Origin: Methylibium sp.
GTDB taxonomy: Bacteria > Pseudomonadota > Gammaproteobacteria > Burkholderiales > Burkholderiaceae_C
Length of the DNA stretch: 40,000 bases
Assembly (NCBI RefSeq): GCF_965279545.1
Contig: NZ_OZ257250.1
Span: 445,005 to 485,004 of the forward strand
Reading direction: 5' to 3'
The translations under genes and the position numbers were made by a program. Below are positions 10,572-20,143 of this stretch, in pieces. Every line of letters begins with the position of its first letter. Within the stretch, counting starts at the first letter, position 1. The notes below the pieces were generated by a model that saw only the letters and a list, made by a program, of their open reading frames with translations, was not told where the DNA came from and made no database searches.

Positions 10572-11450
10572 TCATGGGAAAGTCGAGAGTCGGGCCACTC
10601 CGAGTGCGCCAGCAATGAACAACGTGGCCACCGTCAGGTCGGCGCTGGTGCCCGGATTCAGCCCCCGGGCCTTGAGATGAGCGTCCCATTCGGCGAAACG
10701 AGGGTCGGTGCCGACCGGTTCGAGCCGATCCGCGCGTTCGAGCCAGGGCGCCGCTTCGGCGGTGACAGCCTGTGCCATCGGTTCGCCGAACTTTCGAACA
10801 ATGTGTGAATCGGGCCAGCGGCCCAGGAACGCGAGGTACAGCGCCTGCACCGCGTCGCTGCCGGCCTCGCGCGGCGGCGGCGCATGCAGGGCGAGCGAAG
10901 CGAGCCCGGTGTCGAACAGGTCGGCGAAGCCGGTCGCGTACTGCAGCGCGATGCGGTCGCGGCCGGCGGCGAGCCGCATCGCGTCCTGCAGGTCGACGGT
11001 CGGCGCGGTCGCGACGTCCTGCGCCTCGGCCCGCCCCAGGCCACCCGGGCTCGCCGCGGCGATCGCGCGGTAGGCGGCGCGAGCGTCCTCGATGTCCAGC
11101 GTGTCGAGCACCTGCTGCAGCTCATGCCGCAGGCCGGCCGCGCCCTGTGCGTTCCGGCCTTCGGCACACCGCTCCAGCGCCAGCGCCAGCGGTGCGCACA
11201 GCAGCACGATGCCGAGGTTGGTGTTGCAGCCGGCGACCACGCGCGTCGCGCGCACCGCGCTCTCGATGCGCGTGCCGACGCGCGCGCCGGGCTCGAACAA
11301 GCCCGGCAGCGCAGCCGCGGCGCTGTCGAGGAAGACGCGCGCGTCCATGCCGTGGCCCGGCGACGCGGCACTCACGTTGCCCGGCTTGCGCACCGCCACG
11401 TCGAGCGCGCAGGCGCGCAGGAAAGCCGTGCGGGCCGCGGCGGTGTTCAC
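10572..11450 (-). CDS. Triphosphoribosyl-dephospho-CoA synthase (CitG)-like protein of H4MPT clusters
   Basis: 292 aa: ALDVAVRKPGNVSAASPGHGMDARVFLDSA...GCNTNLGIVLLCAPLA. Confidence 0.8.
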   Translation of the reverse strand: MNTAAARTAFLRACALDVAVRKPGNVSAASPGHGMDARVFLDSAAAALPGLFEPGARVGTRIESAVRATRVVAGCNTNLGIVLLCAPLALALERCAEGRNAQGAAGLRHELQQVLDTLDIEDARAAYRAIAAASPGGLGRAEAQDVATAPTVDLQDAMRLAAGRDRIALQYATGFADLFDTGLASLALHAPPPREAGSDAVQALYLAFLGRWPDSHIVRKFGEPMAQAVTAEAAPWLERADRLEPVGTDPRFAEWDAHLKARGLNPGTSADLTVATLFIAGALGVARLSTFP

Positions 11451-12367
11451 GCCTGCCGCGCTTCGCGCGCTTGCGACGCGTGCTTGCGGTCGAGCAGGTC
11501 GTCGACGAGCGCCCTCGCGATCGAGAAGCGCGTGACCCGCTGCAGGCCCTGCCAGGCCGCGACGCCGTTGACTTCGAGCACCAGCGCGCCGTCGGGCGAG
11601 GGGATCAGGTCGATGCCGGCGTAGTCCATGTCGAGCGCGGCCGCCGCAGCCTGCGCGCGTTCGGCCAGGTCGGGCGTCAGCAGCGCCGGCTCGCAGCGCG
11701 CGCCCTGCGCCACGTTGTGCACCCAGTGCGCGCTGACGCGGCGCATCGCGGTGACCGCGCGCCCGCCGATGACCAGCACGCGCCAGTCATGGCCCGGCTG
11801 TTCAAGCGCGGGCACGAAGCGCTGCAGGTAGGCGAGCTGGCCATAGTCCGCCAGCGGCGGCAGCGGCACGTGCACGCCCTCGATGCAGCCGACGCGCTGC
11901 AGCCCCTTGCCCTGCGAACCGAACAGCGGCTTGAGCACGACGGCATGGCCGGTCGCGCTCTCGCGCGTGACGAGTCGCTGTGCCTGCGCCGGCGACTCCA
12001 TCGCCCAGGTCGGCGGGGTCGGGATGCCGGCGGCGTGCAGCAGCAGGCTGGTCATCGACTTGTCGACGCTGCGCTCGATCGCGCGTGCGTCGTTGTAGAC
12101 CGGCACGCCCAGCTCGCGCAGCGCATGCAGCACGCCCAGCCGCTTGGTGACCTGCTCGAAGCTGCCGCCGGCAATGCCGCGCACCAGCGCCGCGTCGGGC
12201 AGTTCGCGGCCGTAGCCGGGGATCACCAGGCCGTGCCAGGCGGCGGTGGTGTCGATGCGGCAGTCGGCCAGGTCGACGCAGCGGCCCTCGGCGCCGCGCG
12301 CCCGCAGCGCCTGCTGCAGCTGACGGGTGTGCCAGCCGGTCTCGTCGGTGAAGATCGCGACCTTCAT
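11447..12367 (-). CDS. RimK/MptN-like ATP-grasp alpha-L-glutamate ligase
   Basis: 306 aa: VYNDARAIERSVDKSMTSLLLHAAGIPTPPTW...VVLKPLFGSQGKGLQRV...YAGIDLIPSPDGALVLEVNGVAAWQGLQ. Confidence 0.8.
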   Translation of the reverse strand: MKVAIFTDETGWHTRQLQQALRARGAEGRCVDLADCRIDTTAAWHGLVIPGYGRELPDAALVRGIAGGSFEQVTKRLGVLHALRELGVPVYNDARAIERSVDKSMTSLLLHAAGIPTPPTWAMESPAQAQRLVTRESATGHAVVLKPLFGSQGKGLQRVGCIEGVHVPLPPLADYGQLAYLQRFVPALEQPGHDWRVLVIGGRAVTAMRRVSAHWVHNVAQGARCEPALLTPDLAERAQAAAAALDMDYAGIDLIPSPDGALVLEVNGVAAWQGLQRVTRFSIARALVDDLLDRKHASQAREARQA

Positions 12368-12398
12368 GTCGGCCCCCCGGCCGCGGAGTACCGCGTCC

Positions 12399-12446
12399 GA
12401 CCCCCCGAGGGGGTCTCGCCCGGCTTGGGGCGGCCCGGCGCCGGGC
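12399..12446. repeat. Intergenic palindrome pair between mch and the RimK-like gene
   Basis: gaccccc-cga-gggggtc (12399-12415) and perfect palindrome gcccggcgccgggc (12433-12446). Confidence 0.6.
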
Positions 12447-12461
12447 TCGCCGCGGTCTGCT

Positions 12462-13502
12462 TCATGCAGCGTCGAGCCACTGCCCGCGCAGCAGCTCCAG
12501 GTTCATCCGGCCCGCATGCCAGGTCTTGCCCGACTCCAGGCTCGAGACCCACACCTCGGCCGGCGCGAACAGCGCGCCGTCGATCTTGTAGAAGTCGTAC
12601 TCGGCCGCCTTGAAGATGTCGGCGAAGCCGCGGCCGTAGTCGCGCGAGTTCAGCGACGGCAGCTCCTTGGCCAGCAGGCGCGCCGTATCGTCGCCGCCGC
12701 GCACCGTGAGCTGCACGCGGCCACCGTAGAGGATGGCGTCATTGGTGCGGCCCATCGCGTCCAGCCCGTCGGCGCCGGGCGAGGGCAGCGGCGCGCTCGC
12801 CACGCCGTCGACGATGTGCTCGAGCGGGAAGTGCAGCTCGTGCGCCTTGTGCAGCGCCACCTCGAGCACCCGCGCCACCACCTGCGTGGTGCCGGCCAGG
12901 CTGCGCGTGGGCGTGAGGATCAGCGTCAGCTGCTCGGGGCGCAGCCCGCAGTCGCGCAGCACCTTTTCCACCACCACCGGCGGCGGCACGCGGTCCACCT
13001 CGAGCACCAGCACGCCGCTGCGTTCGGCCGCGGCGATCGGGTCGCGGTAGCCGAGCTCCTTGAACAATTCCTCCTTGCCGGCCAGCGCGCGGGCCGGGCC
13101 GGAGCCGAGCGAGAAGAACTTCTTGCCGCCCGCTTCCTCCTTGCTGGCCGACAGGCTCCAGCCCGCGTACTGGCTCGCCAGGCAGGCCAGCACCGGCTGG
13201 CTGCTGCTGACCTCCAGCCAGGTCGGCCAGCCGTGGCTCGCGTCGCCGAAGCCTTGTGCCGCGAGTTCGACGCGGCCCAGCCCACCCATGCAGATCTCGC
13301 CGATCAGCACACCGGCCGCCACGCTGCCGGGCGCGGCGATGCCGGCGTCGACGATGCGCACGCCGCTGGTGTCGTGGCCGACCTGCACGCGCAGGCGGTC
13401 GGCGTCGTCGAGCAGGCGCTGCAGCAGCGGCCGAACGCTGGCGTTGACGCTGATCCGGCTGTCGGCGAAGCGAGGCGTGGGATCGGTGGCGGTTGGGCTC
13501 AT
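12462..13502 (-). CDS. mch: N5,N10-methenyltetrahydromethanopterin cyclohydrolase
   Basis: ISVNASVRPLLQRLLDDADRLRV...VRGGDDTARLLAKELPSLNSRDYGRGFADIFKAAEYDFYKIDGALFAPAEVWVSSLESGKTWHAGRMN. Confidence 0.94.
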   Translation of the reverse strand: MSPTATDPTPRFADSRISVNASVRPLLQRLLDDADRLRVQVGHDTSGVRIVDAGIAAPGSVAAGVLIGEICMGGLGRVELAAQGFGDASHGWPTWLEVSSSQPVLACLASQYAGWSLSASKEEAGGKKFFSLGSGPARALAGKEELFKELGYRDPIAAAERSGVLVLEVDRVPPPVVVEKVLRDCGLRPEQLTLILTPTRSLAGTTQVVARVLEVALHKAHELHFPLEHIVDGVASAPLPSPGADGLDAMGRTNDAILYGGRVQLTVRGGDDTARLLAKELPSLNSRDYGRGFADIFKAAEYDFYKIDGALFAPAEVWVSSLESGKTWHAGRMNLELLRGQWLDAA

Positions 13503-13542
13503 GGCGGTGTCTCGCTGGGTTGTCGTTGTCGTGGAATGCAGC

Positions 13543-14733
13543 TCAAGTCCGTGCCAGCGCGGCGCGCAAGGCGGCGCGTTTTTCCGCGAGGCGGGCACGG
13601 ACCTCGCCAGCGCTGGCGCCGCTCGCTTCGACGCTGCACACCGGATCGCCCGGCGCGAAGCGGCTGCCGGCGGCGGGCAGGTCGTGGCAGTCGTCGCGCG
13701 CTGCCAGCGCGTGCGCCTGCGCCGGTGTCAACTGCACCGCCGCGCGTGCGAACACGATCTCGCTGCCGCGCAGCGGGCGACCGCTCGGCGCCGCCGTGGC
13801 TGCCGCGGGCAGCGTGCCGGCCGTGCAGGCCTCGACGTGGGCGCGCATCCACGGCGTCTGCTCGGCGTAGAGCGCCGCACTCGCCGACGGACGCGGGTTG
13901 ATCTCGAGCAGCGACCAGTGATCGCCGTCGAGCAGGAAGTCGAGGCTGCACAGCCCGCGCAGCCCGAACGCGGCGACCAGTGTGTCCAGCGTCGCCTCCA
14001 GCCCCACGGCCAATGCGGCCGGCAGCGCGACCGGGCCGATGGCGCCGCGGTAGACATGCGGATGGGCAGGGCCCAATGGCCGCACGATCAGCTCGCTGAT
14101 GCCGAGCACCCGTGCCTCGCGGCCGTTGGCGACAAACAGCGCCGACATCGGCGTGCCTGGCGCTTCGCGCTGGTAGTAGGGCTGCTGAGCGGGCTCGGCC
14201 GGATGCCGGTCGTCGGCGCGGCGGATGTGCCAGCCGCCGGTGCCGCGCGCCTCCTTGCGCAGCCAGCCCTGCGGGGGATCTGGCTCGTCGAGCTGGATCT
14301 CGGGATGGGGCAGCCCCAGCCAGTCGAGCATGCCGAAGAAGCCTGCCGGGTCGCGCACGCGCAGCACCGTCTCGGCCGGCGTGCCGATCAGCGGCAGCAA
14401 CTGGGCGCCGCGGCCCAGCAGTTCGGGCACGCATTCGAAGCCGCTGCCCGCCACCCAGCCCCGCACCTGCGGATCGGTGGCCGCCTCGCGCAGGGCATCG
14501 AGCGTGCGGCGTTCGTCGAGCCGCAGGCCGCTGTCGCTGCCGATCGACTGCCAGTGCCGGGCCGCGCGGCGTGTGTCGACATCCCCGAAGGCATCGAGCG
14601 CGATCACGTCGTAGCCCTCGCGGGCCGCCGCCTCGGCCATCAGGCGGGCGGACAGCCCGGCGACCACCAGCGTCGCGCGACCTGTCGAAGCAGCAGTCAC
14701 GTCAGCGTCCCGCGCGTCGACCGTGCGCCCCAC
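13543..14733 (-). CDS. ATP-grasp domain protein of the H4MPT cluster
   Basis: 396 aa with LCSLDFLLDGDHWSLLEINPRPSASAALY; positioned between mch and mtdB. Confidence 0.75.
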   Translation of the reverse strand: MGRTVDARDADVTAASTGRATLVVAGLSARLMAEAAAREGYDVIALDAFGDVDTRRAARHWQSIGSDSGLRLDERRTLDALREAATDPQVRGWVAGSGFECVPELLGRGAQLLPLIGTPAETVLRVRDPAGFFGMLDWLGLPHPEIQLDEPDPPQGWLRKEARGTGGWHIRRADDRHPAEPAQQPYYQREAPGTPMSALFVANGREARVLGISELIVRPLGPAHPHVYRGAIGPVALPAALAVGLEATLDTLVAAFGLRGLCSLDFLLDGDHWSLLEINPRPSASAALYAEQTPWMRAHVEACTAGTLPAAATAAPSGRPLRGSEIVFARAAVQLTPAQAHALAARDDCHDLPAAGSRFAPGDPVCSVEASGASAGEVRARLAEKRAALRAALART

Positions 14734-14813
14734 CGCGGTACCCGCGCGCAGACGCCGTGGATCCGGCTCCGCCGGTCCACCAGCGTCGCCCCCTCGAGGG
14801 GGAGGCGCCGCAG

Positions 14814-14861
14814 GCGCTTCGGGGGTGGGTCATACCTGCGCTTCGGGGGTGGGTCATACCT
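14814..14861. repeat. Exact tandem duplication of a 24-mer spanning the mtdB stop codon
   Basis: gcgcttcgggggtgggtcatacct x2 (14814-14837, 14838-14861). Confidence 0.9.
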
Positions 14862-15756
14862 CGGCCAGCACCTCGCGCGCCACCGCCAGCGCTTCCGGGA
14901 AGCTCAGGTAGACCGGCTTGTCCGCGCTGCGCATGCGCACCAGCAGGCGGTGCTGCACCTGGTACTTGATGTTGCCGACCGCGAGCGCGCCGATGCCCAC
15001 GGCGCGGCTGCCCGGCAGCAGCTTGCCGCTGTCCATCACGCCGACCCCGGCGATGCCCTCGGGCGGCACCGCGTTCACGTCGGCGGCCACCAGCAGGCGC
15101 GTGGCGATCGCACGGTCGGCCTCGGTGATCACCTGCACGCCGGCGGCGGCGGTGCCGAGCACCACGTCGGCGTCGGCGATCGACGTGCGGATGGCGTCCA
15201 CCCCCTTGCCCGACACGCCGCTCATCGCGCTGCCGAAGCGCACATTGGTCTCGTCGGCGGCGCGCTGCGCGGCCTCGACGCCGCCACGGCTGGACAGCCG
15301 CACGTCGGCGCCGAGCTGCTGTGCCAGCACGCCGGCAATGCGGCCCACGGTGCCACCGCCGCCCAGGATCACGACGCGCTTGCCGGCGAGGTCGGTGCCG
15401 TGCACCTTGCGCAGCTGCGCCTCGACACAGGCCACCAGCGCGGCGGCGGTGGTGTAGGAGCCGCTCGGGTCGGCCATCACCGACACGACGAAGGGCTTGA
15501 CCATCGCCTTGCGCGCGGCGTCCAGCATGTCGGCGGCCAGCAGCACGTCGCGCCCGCCGATGAAGATGCCGGTGCGCACCACGCCTTTCGGGCCGCGCGA
15601 GAAGATCGCGTCCTGCGTCAGGCCGGTCACGCCGTCGAGCGTGACTTCGCTGTAGGTCGGCAGCACCTGGTAGCCGGCATCGGCAGCCATGTTGATGTCG
15701 AACGGGCTCATCTGCTTGCCCGGCGTGATCATGTGAAGAATGTAGGGGCGTTCCAT
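14854..15756 (-). CDS. mtdB: NAD(P)-dependent methylenetetrahydromethanopterin dehydrogenase
   Basis: MERPYILHMITPGKQMSPFDINMAADAGYQVLPTYSEVTLDGVTGLTQDAIFSRGPKGV...LGGGGTVGRIAGVLAQQLGADVRLSSR; 300 aa. Confidence 0.94.
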   Translation of the reverse strand: MERPYILHMITPGKQMSPFDINMAADAGYQVLPTYSEVTLDGVTGLTQDAIFSRGPKGVVRTGIFIGGRDVLLAADMLDAARKAMVKPFVVSVMADPSGSYTTAAALVACVEAQLRKVHGTDLAGKRVVILGGGGTVGRIAGVLAQQLGADVRLSSRGGVEAAQRAADETNVRFGSAMSGVSGKGVDAIRTSIADADVVLGTAAAGVQVITEADRAIATRLLVAADVNAVPPEGIAGVGVMDSGKLLPGSRAVGIGALAVGNIKYQVQHRLLVRMRSADKPVYLSFPEALAVAREVLAEV

Positions 15757-15800
15757 CGCAATGGCTTTCAGGTCGTCTGGGTCGGGGAAAACGTCGGTGT

Positions 15801-16814
15801 TCACAGGCGTGGCCGGATCTCGACCGCCGCACCGTGCGAGCGGACACCGACGATCCGCAGCTGCAGCGCGGGGTCGACGACGCCGGCTGCGTGTGCCGCG
15901 GCCCGTGCGGCCTCGGCGTCGGCCGCAGACGGCAGGATGGCGAAACCGGTCGGCCCCCACGAGCTTTGGCCGGTGGCGGCCACGTGTTGCCGCGCGATCC
16001 AGTCGCACAGGCGCGCGACCGACGGGCTGGCGTAGAGCCGGCCGCCCTGGGCCGGCGCGAAGTGCGCGCCGACGAGCTGCTGCATCGCGCTGACGCCGGC
16101 GGCGAACAGCGCGAAGTCGCCGCTGGCCGCACCGGGCAGCACGCGCATCAGCACCTCATGGCACACGGCCGCCGCGTTCGCGCGCTCGAAACTCGGCAGC
16201 GCGGCGATGGCGGCCTTTTCGTCGGCGCCGCTCAGGCCGTGCTGCGACGGGTCGAGCACCAGCAGCACGCGCCAGGCGGCAGGCAGGTCCAGGCGCGCGA
16301 GCAAGGGCGCCGGGCCCCCCTCGTCGCCCGTGCCGCCGTCGAGCAGCAGGCCGCCCTGGTCGAAGCCGGCGATGCCCACGCCGGAGCGCAGGCCGCGCCC
16401 GAGCAGTCGTGCGATCTCCGGCGTGGCGAGCGTCAGGCCGTGCAGGCTGGCGAAGGCGCGGCCGATCGCGAGGGCCAGCTGCGTGCCCGAGCCGAAGCCG
16501 GCATGGGCCGGCGGCACCTGCAGCAGGCACAGGTCGAGCGGCGCATCGAGACCGAAGGCGCGCTGCAGCGTGTCGAGGTGGGCGGCGGCGCGCGCGGCCT
16601 GCGCCTGCGCAGCGGCGCTGCGCGCCCTGAGCTGCGGGCGTTCGGCGCGGCGCAGTTCAACCACCGTCTCGAAGTCCTCGATCACGAGCCCGAGGCTGCC
16701 GAAACGGCGTCCCAGCGTCGCCGAGGGATCGAGGAAGCCGAGATGCAGCCGGCCGGGCGCACGCACGACGACCACGCTGTCGGTCGCGGGCCGCAAGTTC
16801 GAACGGGCTGTCAT
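15801..16814 (-). CDS. Beta-ribofuranosylaminobenzene 5'-phosphate synthase-like (GHMP family)
   Basis: VVRAPGRLHLGFLDPSATLGRRFGSLGLVIE...VPPAHAGFGSGTQLALAIGRA...RSGVGIAGFDQGGLLLDGG; 337 aa. An alternative ATG lies 6 nt upstream. Confidence 0.85.
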   Translation of the reverse strand: MTARSNLRPATDSVVVVRAPGRLHLGFLDPSATLGRRFGSLGLVIEDFETVVELRRAERPQLRARSAAAQAQAARAAAHLDTLQRAFGLDAPLDLCLLQVPPAHAGFGSGTQLALAIGRAFASLHGLTLATPEIARLLGRGLRSGVGIAGFDQGGLLLDGGTGDEGGPAPLLARLDLPAAWRVLLVLDPSQHGLSGADEKAAIAALPSFERANAAAVCHEVLMRVLPGAASGDFALFAAGVSAMQQLVGAHFAPAQGGRLYASPSVARLCDWIARQHVAATGQSSWGPTGFAILPSAADAEAARAAAHAAGVVDPALQLRIVGVRSHGAAVEIRPRL

Positions 16815-17171
16815 GAGCATCGGGTCAGGGTCGGTGCGGCGTGAGCCAGGGTTCAGAGCAAGCGCTGTTCCCGGCCTGCGCCGGCCGCCACCGGTGGCGC
16901 AGGCGGGTGTCGATGCGTTCGCTCTGTCGCGTGATGTGCCAAAGCGCGGACAGTGTGTCACGCTGCGGCGGTGCCGGCGAGTGCCGGCGTGGTCCCTCTG
17001 GCTTTGGCAGCGCGCTCCCTCGCGATCAGGGGAAGCCCTAGCGGCCGGTGCACGCCGTGGCGGCGTTGCAGCGGCGATAGTGCGGGGCCCGTGCCGAACG
17101 CACTGTGTGCGGCTTGCACGGCAGGCCGCCTCGCCAGGGGGCTCGTCGATCGGTCTCCTCGTTGCTTCGTG

Positions 17172-18704
17172 ATGATTCGTCCTGATTCCGTGGTGATTCC
17201 TCCAGCCGTCGGCCCGGGAGTTCTTCCCGACGTGCCTTCCGTGCAGCCCGTGCCGCCGGTGCAAACGCCGCTGGAGCTGCCGCGCCTGGTGATGCGCGGC
17301 GCGCTGGTGGTGGTGCTGGGTGCGCTGCTGCTGGCATTGCTGGTCGGCTTGTGGCGCGCGCGCGAGGACATGCGCGACGAACTCTCGGGAGCGCTCGCCC
17401 AGGCCGAGATGAGCGCCTTGCTGATCGCCGCGAACACGATCGACGACGAACAGCTGGTGGCCGCGGTGCGTTCGCTGCGCGACGCGGGCGGATCGCGGCA
17501 CCTCGACGTGCGGCTGCTCGATGGCGCCGGGCGAGTGCGCCTGGAGCCGCGGCCGGAGCAGCCCGCCTCGGCCGTGCTCGGCGTGCTGGTGCAGCTCAAC
17601 CGCGTGCTGTTCGCCCCGCCGCGGGCGCAGACGGTGGCCGCCGTCCTGCCGCGACCGGACGGGCCGGCCTGGCAGGTGCAGTGGATCGCCTCGCACAACA
17701 GCGAGCAACGCGAGAAGCTGGTGCAGCTGGTCGAGATGCTGAGCCTGCTGGCCGGTTGCGGCCTGGTGATGCTGCTGGTGATGCACTGGCGCGTGCGGCG
17801 CTCCTTCCGTGCACTCGCGCCGCTGCTGTCGGCCATTGCCGGGGTCGAGCGGCAGGACCTGTCGGCGGTGCGGGCGCTGCCCGCGATGCCGATCCGCGAG
17901 CTCGACGTCATCGCCCACGCGCTGCGCCACCTGGCCGTGGCGCTGGAACAGGCCGAGACCCGGCGCCGCGTGCTCGGCACCCAGGTGCTGACCTTGCAGG
18001 AGGACGAGCGCAGCCGCCTCGCACGCGAACTGCACGACGAACTCGGCCAGCACCTGACCGCGCTGCGCGTCGACGCCAGCTGGCTGCAGCGCAGGCTGGC
18101 CCACGAGCCCGAGCTCGCGGCCGTGGTCGCAGGCATGAGCGAGCAGTGCTCGCGCATCCAGAACGAGGTGCGCGCGCTGTTGACGCGGCTGCGCCCGCTC
18201 GGCACCGCAGACGCGTCGCAGCCCGACGGCGGCGAGAGCGTCGGGCGCCTGCGCGTGCTGCTCGAGACGCTGGTGCAGGCCTGGGTGCAGTCGCCGGGGC
18301 AGACCACGCGCTACGCGCTGGCGTTCGAGTGCACCGGCTTCGACGCCGACGACCGGCTGCCGCGCGAGCTGGTGCTGACGGTCTACCGCATCAGCCAGGA
18401 GGCGCTCACGAACGTGGCCCGCCATGCGCGCGCGCGCCAGGCACGGCTGAGCGTGCGCATCGAGCGGACGGCCGGCGCACCGAGCGCCTTGCTGGAGTGG
18501 TCGGTCGAAGACGACGGCTGCGGACTCGACCACCCCGGCGCCTGGCAGCGCGGCAACGGCCTGGCCGGTGTCAAGGACCGTGTCTGGTCTGCCGGCGGGG
18601 ATCTCGAATGGCAGCCAGCGACCGCGGCTGCAGACGGGCGACCCGGACTGAAATTGCACGCGCGGCTGCCGTTTGCCGCGATCGGACAGGAGAGTGTGTC
18701 GTGA
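17172..18704 (+). CDS. Membrane sensor histidine kinase (NarX/UhpB, HisKA_3 type)
   Basis: Predicted N-terminal TM, LQEDERSRLARELHDELGQHLTALRVDASWL, and ATPase boxes EDDGCGLDHPGAWQRGNGLAGVKDRV. ATG at 17172. Confidence 0.88.
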   Translation: MIRPDSVVIPPAVGPGVLPDVPSVQPVPPVQTPLELPRLVMRGALVVVLGALLLALLVGLWRAREDMRDELSGALAQAEMSALLIAANTIDDEQLVAAVRSLRDAGGSRHLDVRLLDGAGRVRLEPRPEQPASAVLGVLVQLNRVLFAPPRAQTVAAVLPRPDGPAWQVQWIASHNSEQREKLVQLVEMLSLLAGCGLVMLLVMHWRVRRSFRALAPLLSAIAGVERQDLSAVRALPAMPIRELDVIAHALRHLAVALEQAETRRRVLGTQVLTLQEDERSRLARELHDELGQHLTALRVDASWLQRRLAHEPELAAVVAGMSEQCSRIQNEVRALLTRLRPLGTADASQPDGGESVGRLRVLLETLVQAWVQSPGQTTRYALAFECTGFDADDRLPRELVLTVYRISQEALTNVARHARARQARLSVRIERTAGAPSALLEWSVEDDGCGLDHPGAWQRGNGLAGVKDRVWSAGGDLEWQPATAAADGRPGLKLHARLPFAAIGQESVS

Positions 18705-19363
18705 CTGTGAGCCATTTGCCGGGGCCCTTGCGGGTCGCACTGGCCGACGACCATGCGGTCGTGCGTGCCGGCTACCGCCGCCTGCTGGAGCTGGAGGCCG
18801 ACATCGCGGTCGTCGCCGAGTACGGCGATGCCGAAGCGGCCTACAACGCGCTGACCGGCGGAACCGGCGACGACATCGACCTGCTGGTGCTGGACCTCTC
18901 GATGCCGGGTCGCAGCGGCCTCGAGCTGCTGCGCCGGCTGGCCCAGCGGCGCCCCGACCTTTCAGTGCTGGTGTTCACGATGCACGACAGCGCGGCGATG
19001 CTCGACCAGTGCCTGCGCGCCGGCGCGGCCGGCTTCGTGACCAAGAGCAGCGCCCCCGAGGTGCTGGTCACGGCGGTGCGCCAGGCCGCGCGCGGCGAGA
19101 TCGCGCTGTCACCCGACGTGGCCGCGCTGGCGGCGCGCACCGAGGGCGGGCCGCCGCACACCCGGCTGTCGAGCCGCGAGTTCGACATCCTGCAGCAGCT
19201 GCTCGCCGGCCACAGCGTCGAGGAGATCGCGCAGACGCTGCGCCTGAGCACGAAGACAGTGGCCAACTACCAGACCCGCATCCGCCAGGCCTTGGGCGTG
19301 GGCAGTGCGGTGGAGTTGCTGAACTACGCGCGCGAGCATGGGCTCGGCGGGCCGGGGCTGTAG
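18701..19363 (+). CDS. NarL/LuxR-family response regulator
   Basis: GTG at 18701 overlaps the kinase stop (GTGA). RVALADDHAVVRAGYRRLLE...LLVLDLSMPGRSGLELLRR...VFTMHD...LSSREFDILQQLLAGHSVEEIAQTLRLSTKTVANYQTRIRQALG. Confidence 0.93.
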   Translation: MTVSHLPGPLRVALADDHAVVRAGYRRLLELEADIAVVAEYGDAEAAYNALTGGTGDDIDLLVLDLSMPGRSGLELLRRLAQRRPDLSVLVFTMHDSAAMLDQCLRAGAAGFVTKSSAPEVLVTAVRQAARGEIALSPDVAALAARTEGGPPHTRLSSREFDILQQLLAGHSVEEIAQTLRLSTKTVANYQTRIRQALGVGSAVELLNYAREHGLGGPGL

Positions 19364-20143
19364 CGCTGCGGTGGCTGTTGCGATGTGCGGGCCGCGTCTG
19401 GCTTCTTGTCGATGCGTGATGTAAAGCAGTCATCGACATCGAAGTGGGAGAGGGGTCTTGCCGCTTCCAGGGATCAACTTGTCCGGCGCCGCGTTCAGTT
19501 AGGCCGCCTAAATCGCCTGCGCTCGACAGAAAAAATGGTGTCCTTCTTCTATGGCGAGCAGAAATTGTCCACACGCGGAGGGATTGCGTTAGTGGGCGGC
19601 GCTCCGTGCTAACGCGCGGGGCGCCGCTTAGGCCAGTTAGTTAGCCAGGTAGGGGCACCAAGGCCCGGAACGATAGTGCTGAACCACGTTTTCCCAACGG
19701 CCGAATCTGAATCGGACGTAGGCACGGACGTGGGTGCACTTTTGGCGGAAGGTGGTGTGCATGGCACAACTCCCATTCACGTTGGCGATCCGGCGGTGAT
19801 CACCGGGGCTCTTGCGGAATGGGTGGCGCGAACACGCGAGGCTGCGGTCGACAGGATGGTCCTGTCGACCGTAAAATCGAGGGGCTCGCACCACCATCAC
19901 GCTATAGCGTGTCGGTGGGCGCTAGTCACCGGTTGGGCCTCTCTGGCTGGTCGGTGCGCTCAGCCTGCGCTGCCTGCTGTGGCATTGGTTGAACATCGCG
20001 CCCCCCTTGATTCGTACTCTCGGGGGGCGCACCTACTTCTGGGGCGCATGTTAGCAGGATTTCAGCTCTCACAACGCTTTGACGCCAAATCTGTGTTCAA
20101 ATTAAGTTCTGGCGCCAACCGGCGGCAGAGCAAGGAGAACACC

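Noticed and set aside
15801-18740. Very long ORFs such as the 979-aa minus ORF and the 991-aa plus ORF 13060..16035
   Set aside because: High-GC shadow frames. Only the RFAP-synthase-like C-terminal part of the former shows conserved sequence; the rest is Arg/Ala/His-rich antisense to the histidine kinase and mch/mtdB.
19490-19660. Possible integron attC site (GTTAGGC boxes, gcgttag...ctaacgc)
   Set aside because: No integrase, no cassette array, and the full R''/L''/L'/R' arrangement could not be assembled. Kept only as a note in the insert finding.
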